Position numbers and translations under genes: made by a program. DNA of 64,000 nucleotides, taken from the NCBI GenBank assembly GCA_049840735.1, contig JASGJN010000017.1:256001-320000 (forward strand). The letters run 5' to 3'. Shown here piece after piece: positions 56,782 through 64,000 of this stretch. Every line of letters starts with the position of its first letter. Position 1 is the stretch's first letter. The stretch is from Anaeromyxobacter sp. Lineage in GTDB: Bacteria > Myxococcota > Myxococcia > Myxococcales > Anaeromyxobacteraceae. The notes beneath the pieces were generated by a model, which saw only the letters and a program-made list of their open reading frames with translations, made no database searches and was not told the DNA's origin.

Positions 56782-57903
56782 TCAGTGGACCGGATGGCCG
56801 GGCGCGGCCGCATCTCCCGCAGCGATGGCCGCCTGCTGCCTGCGCAGGATTTGACCTGCGAGTCGCCGCACGGCATCCGGATCTTCGGCCCGACCGGCCA
56901 CGACCGCCATCGCGTACTGGGCCGACGCACCGTTCGGATCGAGCCGCCGCGCCAGCTCGATCTCGCGGCGCGCCTCCTCCATCCGACCTTCCTTCGCGAG
57001 CACCACGGCCAGCGCGCCATGGCTCTCCCCGAAGTTGTGGTCGAGCCGCAGGGCGGACTCGAACGCCTCGCGCGCGCCCGGCAGGTCCTGCAGGAAGAAC
57101 CGGCACCAGCCCAGGCCGATCCAGGTCCCGATGTGGCGCGGCATGGTGACGATCGCCTTGAGGAACGCCTCGGTGGCGCCCTGCAGGTCGGCCTTCAGCA
57201 TCCTCCCCATGGCGAGCCCCGACCAGCTCCGGCCGTCGTTCGGGTTGGCGTCCAAGGCCCGGCCGAACCAGCCCAGCGCCCCCTCCGCGTCGGTGGCGGC
57301 CAGCGACACGGTTCCCCTGGCCGCCAAGGCCTCCAGCAGGTCCGCCCGGCCGGCCAGGCCGCGGTCCGCCCAGGCGGCAGCCTCGGAGAGCGCGCCAGCA
57401 TCGGCGGCGGCCAGGCTGGCCACCCCGAAGGCCTCGGCAGGCAGCGCACCGCCCGGGATGGCCGCACGGAACTCGGGGAGCAGGACGTCCAGCTGGTCGA
57501 GCTGGTGCTGGCAGCGCAGCCAGAGCACCCAGGCGATGGGCAGCGCGGCACGGAGCGGAGCAGCCAGCGCAGCCGCCTCGGCGTACTTCCCCTGCCCGAA
57601 CAGCGCGTAGGCCAGGTTGTACCGCACCACCGGGTTGTCCTGCCCTGCCGACAGCAGCGCCTCCAGCGCGAGCTGCGCCTCGGCGAAACGAGAGGTGGCC
57701 AGGAGCAGGTTGGCCCGGCGGTTCACCCAGGCACCGTCGGTGGGCTTCTCCCGCAGCGCAGCCTCCGCGTGGTGCTCGGCCAGCTCGAAGCGCCCTGCCG
57801 CGAGCGCGGCGTCGAAGACGTCGGCCCGCAGGTTCCAGTTGCCCGGATCCAGCTCCAGATAGCGCAGCAGCCGCTCCAGCACGCTCTCACCCGTCCCGCT
57901 CAT
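56782..57903 (-). CDS. TPR-repeat protein, last gene of the flagellar-like operon
   Basis: Multiple TPR-like units (RYNLAYAL, HIGTWIGLGW, NFGESHGALA); no signal peptide. Confidence 0.85.
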   Translation of the reverse strand: MSGTGESVLERLLRYLELDPGNWNLRADVFDAALAAGRFELAEHHAEAALREKPTDGAWVNRRANLLLATSRFAEAQLALEALLSAGQDNPVVRYNLAYALFGQGKYAEAAALAAPLRAALPIAWVLWLRCQHQLDQLDVLLPEFRAAIPGGALPAEAFGVASLAAADAGALSEAAAWADRGLAGRADLLEALAARGTVSLAATDAEGALGWFGRALDANPNDGRSWSGLAMGRMLKADLQGATEAFLKAIVTMPRHIGTWIGLGWCRFFLQDLPGAREAFESALRLDHNFGESHGALAVVLAKEGRMEEARREIELARRLDPNGASAQYAMAVVAGRAEDPDAVRRLAGQILRRQQAAIAAGDAAAPGHPVH

Positions 57904-57936
57904 CTCGCTCTCCTGCCGGGCAGCCCTCAACCCGTC

Positions 57937-58764
57937 CTAGTAAGTGACGTCGCACGACTCGGCCTTGCTGACCAGCTTCCGGAGACGTTCGAGCGCCTGG
58001 CGGTGCAGCTGGGAGATGCGCCCCTTGGTCAGCTCCAGGCCTCGCGCGATCTCCTCGAACAGCTTGGCCTCGCCGTAGTGGAGCTTCAGGATCGTCCGCT
58101 CGTTGTCCGGCAACCTGTCCACCATGCGCCAGATCAGCTCGCGCGTCTGGCGGAGCTCCAGCTGCTTGTAGGCATCGTCCGGCAGGGGGTCCAGCGGCTC
58201 CGGGATGACTCCGATCCCTTCGAGGATGTAGCCGATGGCCAGGCCCACGCCGATGTCCCCCAGCTCCTCCAGCAGCCGGCTCGCCTGGTCGGGCGTGATG
58301 CGCTCCGGCGCGAGCGAGCCCAGCCGGTCCATCGCCATCCTCCGCCGGCAGGAGGACTGCTCCTGCTGCTCGGTCAGGTGGTCGATGCCGTCGTGGACGG
58401 CGCCCACGATCCGCGGGGTTGCGTAGGTGGTGAACCGGGCTGCGCTGGACGGCTCGTAGCGCTCGACCGCCTCGAGCAGGCCCACCACCGCGAACTGCCG
58501 GTATTCCTCGAACTCGATGCCGGGCAGGAACCGCCGGCGGAACACCCGCAGCGCCAGGCGCGCGGCGAACGGACGATAGCGATCGATGAGCTCGGTCCGC
58601 GCCCGCTCGTCCCCGGCGCCGCGCCAGCGGGCCCACAGCGCCGCGTCGCGCCGGACCGGCACCCCGCCCTGCTGCTCCTCCTCGCCGCGCACGCCCGGGC
58701 CGGCGGCCTCCTGGGCCTCCATCTCCGGATAGCGCATCCAGCGCTGGCGGCGGGACGAGTCCAC
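57937..58764 (-). CDS. Divergent FliA/WhiG-like sigma factor
   Basis: GLLEAVERY, FTTYA..RI.GA, region 4 EIARGLELTKGRISQLHRQAL. Confidence 0.85.
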   Translation of the reverse strand: MDSSRRQRWMRYPEMEAQEAAGPGVRGEEEQQGGVPVRRDAALWARWRGAGDERARTELIDRYRPFAARLALRVFRRRFLPGIEFEEYRQFAVVGLLEAVERYEPSSAARFTTYATPRIVGAVHDGIDHLTEQQEQSSCRRRMAMDRLGSLAPERITPDQASRLLEELGDIGVGLAIGYILEGIGVIPEPLDPLPDDAYKQLELRQTRELIWRMVDRLPDNERTILKLHYGEAKLFEEIARGLELTKGRISQLHRQALERLRKLVSKAESCDVTY

Positions 58765-58773
58765 GTGGCCCTG

Positions 58774-59595
58774 TCAGTGGAAGGACCCGACCAGCGCCCG
58801 CACCAGCAGGCCCCAGCCGTCGACCAGCACGAACATCAGGATCTTGAGCGGCAGGCTCACCGTGGTGGGTGGCATCATCATCATGCCCAGCGCCATCAGG
58901 ATGCTGGAGATGACCAGGTCGATGAGCAGGAAGGGCAGGAAGACCACGAAGCCGATCTGGAAGGCGGCCCGCAGCTCCGACAGCATGTAGGCGGGGATCA
59001 GCTGGACGTTGCTGATGTCGTCCATGGTCCGCGGCGCCTCGGCCTTGGACAGCTCCACCATCAAGGCCAGATCCTCCTCACGCGTCTGGCGGACCATGAA
59101 CTCGCGGAGCGGTGCCATTCCCTTCTGGAAGCCCGCCTCCATCGACACCTTCCCTTCCATGAAGGGCTGGAAGGCGTCGACGTTCACCTTCTGGATCACG
59201 GGCGCCATGGTGAAGAGCGTCAGGAAGAGCGACAGCCCGATCAGCACCGGGTTCGGCGGCGTCTCGTTCATCCCCAGCGCGTGGCGCAGGATGGAGAGCA
59301 CGATGATGCTGCGCAGGAACGGCGTGAGGCAGATGACCAGCGCCGGCAGGATGGCCAGCACCGTCAGCCCCAGCATGATCCGCAGCGACTGGGCCGTCTC
59401 GCTCTCGCCGAGCACGATGGGCCTGCCGGATGGCGCCGAGGGCGCGCTGGGCGGCGTGGGAGACGAGGCGCGGCGCGGCGCGGGCGCGCTGGGCACCGGC
59501 GCGGGGTCCGCCGCCTGCGCGGCTGCAGGCATCGAGCCGAGGACGCCACCGGACAGGGCTACGCAGAGCAGCGCCCGCGACAGGAAGCGCCTCAC
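58774..59595 (-). CDS. fliP: Flagellar type III export gate protein FliP
   Basis: TPPNPVLIGLSLFLT, LIPAYMLSEL..AFQIGF, GMMMMPP..VSLPLKIL.FVLVDGW. Confidence 0.95.
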   Translation of the reverse strand: MRRFLSRALLCVALSGGVLGSMPAAAQAADPAPVPSAPAPRRASSPTPPSAPSAPSGRPIVLGESETAQSLRIMLGLTVLAILPALVICLTPFLRSIIVLSILRHALGMNETPPNPVLIGLSLFLTLFTMAPVIQKVNVDAFQPFMEGKVSMEAGFQKGMAPLREFMVRQTREEDLALMVELSKAEAPRTMDDISNVQLIPAYMLSELRAAFQIGFVVFLPFLLIDLVISSILMALGMMMMPPTTVSLPLKILMFVLVDGWGLLVRALVGSFH

Positions 59596-60068
59596 GGCCT
59601 TGCCTCCGCCGGCTCGGCCTTCCCAGGCTCCGGCTCCGCACCGTCCCGCTGACCGAGCACCGTGATGGAGCCGTCGGTGGCGCCCAGGAGCAGCTCCTTC
59701 CCCTCCCACGAGACCACGTGCACGCTGGCCCGCGGGGTGAGGCGCGCCGATCTGAGCACGCGCAGGCGATCCGACCTCCCGCCCCCGCCCAGCCAGGCCA
59801 TGGGGAGCCCAGCGGCGCCGCCCTTCCCGGCCGACCCGCGCGAGCGCTGCCGCAGCACCACCGCCAGCGCCACGGCCAGCACGCCGGCGATCACCAGCCA
59901 GCCCAGCGTTCCACGGCCGGCGCCCACCGGGCCTTCCGGATCGCGGCGCAGCGGGATCTCGGCTGGGAAGTGGACCCCGCCCGACTGCGCCGGCTGGTCG
60001 GCGCGCGCCGCGCCTGCGACCGGCACCAGCAGGAGCGCGGCCGCCACGGACAGGCTACGGAGCCGCAT
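59592..60068 (-). CDS. FliO-like protein
   Basis: TM helix then LRVL..RLTPRASVHVV.W...ELLLG; between fliN and fliP. Confidence 0.75.
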   Translation of the reverse strand: MRLRSLSVAAALLLVPVAGAARADQPAQSGGVHFPAEIPLRRDPEGPVGAGRGTLGWLVIAGVLAVALAVVLRQRSRGSAGKGGAAGLPMAWLGGGGRSDRLRVLRSARLTPRASVHVVSWEGKELLLGATDGSITVLGQRDGAEPEPGKAEPAEARP

Positions 60069-60456
60069 CAGGCGTCCCGGCCAGGGGGGCGTGGAGCGCC
60101 ACCGGCAGCTCGGTGATGCGGACCGCGAACTGATCGTCCACGGCGAGGAGCGTGCCGCGCGCCACCACCTCGCCGTCGAGCAGCAGGTCCACAGGCTGCT
60201 CCACGGCGCGGTCCAGCTTGAGCACCTGGTGCGCCTGGGCGGCGAGCAGCTCGCCCACCGTCAGCGACACGGAGCCCACGTGGACCGCCAGGCGCACCTT
60301 CACGTTGCGCAGCGGGTTGGGGCGGCCGCCCTCGTTCCCCAGGAGCGGTGCCCCGAGGGCGCCGGCCGGGGCCGGCTCCAGCTCGGGCATCGCCAGCGTG
60401 TGGACGGTGGGGGCGTTGCCGCCGGGGACAGGCGTCGGGTGCTGATCGGACATCAT
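60055..60456 (-). CDS. fliN: FliN-like SPOA-domain protein
   Basis: V.L.V.VG...L...ELL, LDR...PVDL..DG.VVARG.L..VDD.FAVRITE. Confidence 0.85.
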   Translation of the reverse strand: MMSDQHPTPVPGGNAPTVHTLAMPELEPAPAGALGAPLLGNEGGRPNPLRNVKVRLAVHVGSVSLTVGELLAAQAHQVLKLDRAVEQPVDLLLDGEVVARGTLLAVDDQFAVRITELPVALHAPLAGTPDAAP

Positions 60457-61358
60457 CGGATCTCGTGGGAAGGGTTGGGGTGACCAGCGGCGGCCAGCTC
60501 GATGGCGCGGTGGGCGCCGAGCCGGCCCAGGTAGCAGTGGGCGAGCGGCTCGCCATGCCCGCTGCAGGCTCCGTCCGCGAGCACGGTCGCCGGGACATCC
60601 AGGCGGTGGGTGGTCCGCACCACGTCGCCGACCCTGAGCGCGGCCAGCGCGCCCAGATCCAGCTCGAACGCGGAGAGCTGGACGTGAAGGCTGGCGCGCC
60701 GCGAAGCCAGGGCACGGAAGACCGGGGCCAGCGGGCGTGCGGGGGCGGCCGGGGCGCGGTGGAGAGGGACCAGCCGGCCCACCACCTCCGGCGCCACCAG
60801 CACGGCGAGCTCCAGGCCTGGGATGCGCAGCCGGAGGACCAGCGACCCGCTGAAGCCGCCCAGGACCCCCGCGGCCGGCACGCTGGCGGCGTACATGGCG
60901 TCCGACTTCTCCGCCCCCAGCCCGACGCGCAGCCGGGCCTGGAGATCACCCCAGGCGCCCTGCGCGGCCTCGGCCGACGCCGCCGGCGGGCTGTCCCATC
61001 GCGTGGCGGACGGGCTCGCGGCCGCGCCGAACAGGGCTGCCTCCAGCCGGCTGCCGGCCTCGGCTGCGCCGCCCTCGACCTGCCACCACAGCCCTGCCGC
61101 GCCCTCCAGCCGCGTCCAGCGGCCGGCGGCGCCCAGGCCCCGCTCGCGCGCGGCGAACACGGCCTCGGCCTCCGCGCCGCAGCTGGGCTCGTCGAGGCCC
61201 CAGGCCGACGCCCAGTCGCCCAGCGCCACGCCCGCGACCCGCGCCACCTCGGCCCGCTCTGCGGCCGTGTAGCACCGGAACGGCCGGGCGCGCGCCGAGT
61301 CGGCGGGCGTGAGCAGGCCGGAGGGCAAGGGGCCCGCCTGTGCTGCGGTAGGGCTCAC
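60453..61358 (-). CDS. Highly divergent FliM/SctQ-like protein with C-terminal SPOA domain
   Basis: C-terminal L.LGALAAL.VGDVV...H.LD; fliM position; no LSQxEIDALL motif. Confidence 0.65.
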   Translation of the reverse strand: MSPTAAQAGPLPSGLLTPADSARARPFRCYTAAERAEVARVAGVALGDWASAWGLDEPSCGAEAEAVFAARERGLGAAGRWTRLEGAAGLWWQVEGGAAEAGSRLEAALFGAAASPSATRWDSPPAASAEAAQGAWGDLQARLRVGLGAEKSDAMYAASVPAAGVLGGFSGSLVLRLRIPGLELAVLVAPEVVGRLVPLHRAPAAPARPLAPVFRALASRRASLHVQLSAFELDLGALAALRVGDVVRTTHRLDVPATVLADGACSGHGEPLAHCYLGRLGAHRAIELAAAGHPNPSHEIR

Positions 61359-62536
61359 TTGCTCCTCATCCCGAACAGCTCGTTGATCATCTCGCTGGCG
61401 GTGGACACGACCTGCGAGGAGGCCTGGTAGCCCCGCTGCATGATCACCAGGTCGCTGAACTGCTGCGAGAGGTCCACGTTGGAGAGCTCCAGCATGCCGG
61501 AGCGGACCGGGCCGAAGCCGGCCTGCTCGGGCCGGCCGATGAGCCAGCCGAGGCCGTCCTTGGCGGCGAACTCGTTGTTGCCGAGCGACTCGACGGCGTC
61601 CTGGGAGCTGAAGTTGCCCAGCGCCAGGCGCGAGCTGTTGACCTTCTGGCCGTTCGAGTAGGAGAGCACCAGCGTGCCGGCGGTGTCGAACGCGGTGCCG
61701 ACCAGCGAGCCGGGCGGGTAACCGTTGGCGGTGTCCATCACCAGGGTGCTGGAGGTACCGCCGTCCGAGGACGTCACGTTGTTGGTGAAGTCCAGCGTCA
61801 GCGTGGTGGGCGTCTGCCCGGCGGGCGCATAGGTCAGCGCGACGGTGGCGTGGGCCGGGTCGGTCCGACCGTTCAGGAAGGCGATCTGCCCCGAGCCGAC
61901 CTCGGTGGTGCCATCCAGCAGCGTCACGGTCCAGCTGCCGGGCGTGCCGGTGACCTGATCGAACCGCACCGAGAGCGTGTGGGCGCTCCCGGCCGCGTCG
62001 TAGACCCTCACCGAACCCACCGTGCTGGTGGCGGCGCCGGTGGTCAGGTTGCCGCGGAAGGTGACGTTGGTGGTGGCGGTCGCCGCCTGGGTTCGCTGGG
62101 TGGTGAGGTCGATGGGGGTGAGGTTCCCCTGCGCGTCCAGCGCCATCACCTGCTCGCCGGTGGCGCTCGAGACCAGCACGCCGTCCGCGTTGAACTCGAA
62201 CTGCCCGGCCCGGGTGAAGTGGATGTTCCCGGCGCTGTCGCGCAGGACGAAGAGCCCCTGCCCGTCCACCGCCAGGTCCAGCGCGTTGCCGGTGTTCTGC
62301 AGCTGCCCGGGCTTGAAGTTGATGGTCGTGCCCAGGGTGTTGAGGCCGAACCCGTACTGGCCCGACTGGTAGGAGCCGAGGCCGTAGCCGTTGTTGGCGT
62401 AGAACATGTCGGCGAACTGCAGCGCCGATCCCTTGAAGCCCGGGGTGTTCAGGTTGGCGGTGTTGTTGGCGATGACGCGCAGGCCGCGCTGGTAGCCCTG
62501 CAGGCCGGACATGGCGATGAAGATGGTGTCGATCAT
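61355..62536 (-). CDS. flgE: Flagellar hook protein FlgE-like
   Basis: SGL..IANN.ANLNTPGFK, DLAVDGQG.F, TRAGQF, YDAAG..H, LELSNVDL..QRGYQA. Confidence 0.93.
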   Translation of the reverse strand: MIDTIFIAMSGLQGYQRGLRVIANNTANLNTPGFKGSALQFADMFYANNGYGLGSYQSGQYGFGLNTLGTTINFKPGQLQNTGNALDLAVDGQGLFVLRDSAGNIHFTRAGQFEFNADGVLVSSATGEQVMALDAQGNLTPIDLTTQRTQAATATTNVTFRGNLTTGAATSTVGSVRVYDAAGSAHTLSVRFDQVTGTPGSWTVTLLDGTTEVGSGQIAFLNGRTDPAHATVALTYAPAGQTPTTLTLDFTNNVTSSDGGTSSTLVMDTANGYPPGSLVGTAFDTAGTLVLSYSNGQKVNSSRLALGNFSSQDAVESLGNNEFAAKDGLGWLIGRPEQAGFGPVRSGMLELSNVDLSQQFSDLVIMQRGYQASSQVVSTASEMINELFGMRSK

Positions 62537-62567
62537 CCTGGACTCCCTGTTGCTCGGTTGAAGGGGC

Positions 62568-62964
62568 TCAGCGGACGGCGGTGATTCTGGCTCAGCTCGA
62601 TGTTGGAGAGCACCTCGCCGGTGCTGGTGCGGACGCTCACCTGCGGGCTCTGGCCGGACAGGACCAGCCCGGTCACGGTGCCCGTCATGGGGCCGGAGGC
62701 CGTGGTCAGGTCCACCGTCCGGCCGATCAGCCCCACCGACTGGAGCGAGGCCTGGTTGGTCAGGAGCTGGGTCAGCTTGGTGTTCAGCTCCTGCGTCTGC
62801 TGCAGGGTGGTGAACTGGGCCATCTGCGCCATGAACTGCTCGTTGTCCATGGGTTTGAGCGGATCCTGGTAGCTGAGCTGCGTCAGCAGCACCTTGAGGA
62901 AGTCCTGCATGCTCAGGCTGTTGGACGCCGTGGTGGTCGTGCTGCCGATTGCGCTGATGCTCAC
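62568..62964 (-). CDS. flgD: Hook capping protein FlgD-like; probable extra base near 62586 (corrected end SQITAVR)
   Basis: DFLKVLLTQL.YQDPLKPMDN..FMAQMAQF, LIGRTV. Confidence 0.9.
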
Positions 62965-64000
62965 AGGACCTCCTCCTGGAAAGGGATGAAGCGGATGGAC
63001 GGGATCTCGGGCGGCGCCGCACGGCGCTCGCCCTGGCGCGCGGGGCGCGGCTGCTCCCGCGCGCGCAGGTCGGCGTGGACCTCGCGGCCGTTGCAGACCA
63101 GCGAGAGGAGCCGGGTGCCCTGGGCCTGGGCCCAGCGCTGCAGCGCGGTGAGGAGCTGCGCGGTGAGCTGCTCGAGCGGCGCGCCGGCGTCACGGTCGGC
63201 GCCGACCCAGACGCGGACGCCCTCCTCGGTCCACTCGGCGTGCCAGCGGATGGGCTCGGCCTTCTCGCCGCCCTGCTGGGGCTGCGCCGGACCGGTCGCG
63301 CCCGCGGCCGCCTCGACCGCCGTGTCCACCGGAAGCGTGGGCATTGCCCTCGGGAGTACGGGGGGAACGATGGCCGCGAGCACGGGCCTGGCCGGGGCCG
63401 CGGAGCTCGGAGGTGAGCTGGCCGGGGCGCCGACCTGCTGGGCGGGCCACGGCTGGACCGGCCACCTCGCCGGCGCTGCCGCGCCCTGGTCCAGCGCGCC
63501 GCCCGTCCCGGTCGGAAGCGCGAGCGGCTCGCCGGAAAGGGCAGCGCCCTCCAGCTTCCGCTGCCCCTCGGCGGACGCCTGGGCCCCAGGCGCGAAGGCC
63601 GGGCGCTCCTGGCAGGCCACGCGCTCCACCTCGCAGCCCGTTCGCTCCGGGCGCGACTCCTGGCCAGATCCGGAGGCCATGCGCAGCTCCAGCTCGCGAG
63701 CACGGGCCGGCGCCGCTCGGGAAACGGCCCCGCCAGCCGCACCGGCGGCATGCCCTGGCTGGGCCGGCGAGCCTGCCTCGGCCAGCAGGGCCTCCGGCGG
63801 CCGCGGCGAGACGACCGCCGCAGCCGGCATCACCCCGGCGGCGGCCGCGACGCGCTGCGGAGCCTCCCGCCGATCCTCGTCACGCCCCGCGCCGAGCGGC
63901 CTCCCGAACCAGTCGCGCTGGATGGCCCCCTCCAGCGCCTGCTGCCAGGCCCGGCGGCGTCCGTCGGTCTCGCGGTCGCGCGCCGCCGCGTCCGGGCTCG
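62961..64000 (-). CDS. Ala/Pro-rich protein at the fliK position (putative hook-length control), 5' partial
   Basis: Frame open to the window end; low-complexity body with compact C-terminal domain IRWHAEWTEEGVRVWVG..LLSLVCNG; GTGA overlap with flgD. Confidence 0.6.
   Translation of the reverse strand, partial: SPDAAARDRETDGRRRAWQQALEGAIQRDWFGRPLGAGRDEDRREAPQRVAAAAGVMPAAAVVSPRPPEALLAEAGSPAQPGHAAGAAGGAVSRAAPARARELELRMASGSGQESRPERTGCEVERVACQERPAFAPGAQASAEGQRKLEGAALSGEPLALPTGTGGALDQGAAAPARWPVQPWPAQQVGAPASSPPSSAAPARPVLAAIVPPVLPRAMPTLPVDTAVEAAAGATGPAQPQQGGEKAEPIRWHAEWTEEGVRVWVGADRDAGAPLEQLTAQLLTALQRWAQAQGTRLLSLVCNGREVHADLRAREQPRPARQGERRAAPPEIPSIRFIPFQEEVL

Overview
Very high-GC chromosomal window from a myxobacterium, most likely Anaeromyxobacter-like (inferred from a CdbA-type protein beside tilS-ftsH, Myxococcus-type Cys-rich repeats and deltaproteobacterial gene order). 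Most of it is housekeeping: rpsA, ispH, cmk, hisC, accA, miaA, psd, hutUI, tsaE-nnr-pdxJ-glmM-cdaR-cdaA-folP-ftsH-tilS, amtB, kce-kal-kamE-kamD, mnmA, cca and tRNA-Arg(CCT). Accessory elements are interspersed: two large repeat-stalk surface proteins; an ECF sigma/anti-sigma/TPR-beta-barrel operon divergent from a Cys-repeat lipoprotein; an archaeal-type alpha-amylase; and a family of GTAG-tagged palindromic repeats (single copies, an ~800 bp BIME-like array, and one copy in frame inside a gene). There is also a candidate C-rich-loop sRNA upstream of cdbA. At the right edge is a non-canonical flagellar-type export cluster (fliK-like, flgD, flgE, divergent FliM/SctQ-like, fliN, fliO, fliP, divergent sigma-28, TPR), the best candidate for an undescribed system. 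About ten genes, some essential, carry single-base indels that look like sequencing errors rather than pseudogenes. All calls come from motif recognition by eye; no searches were run.
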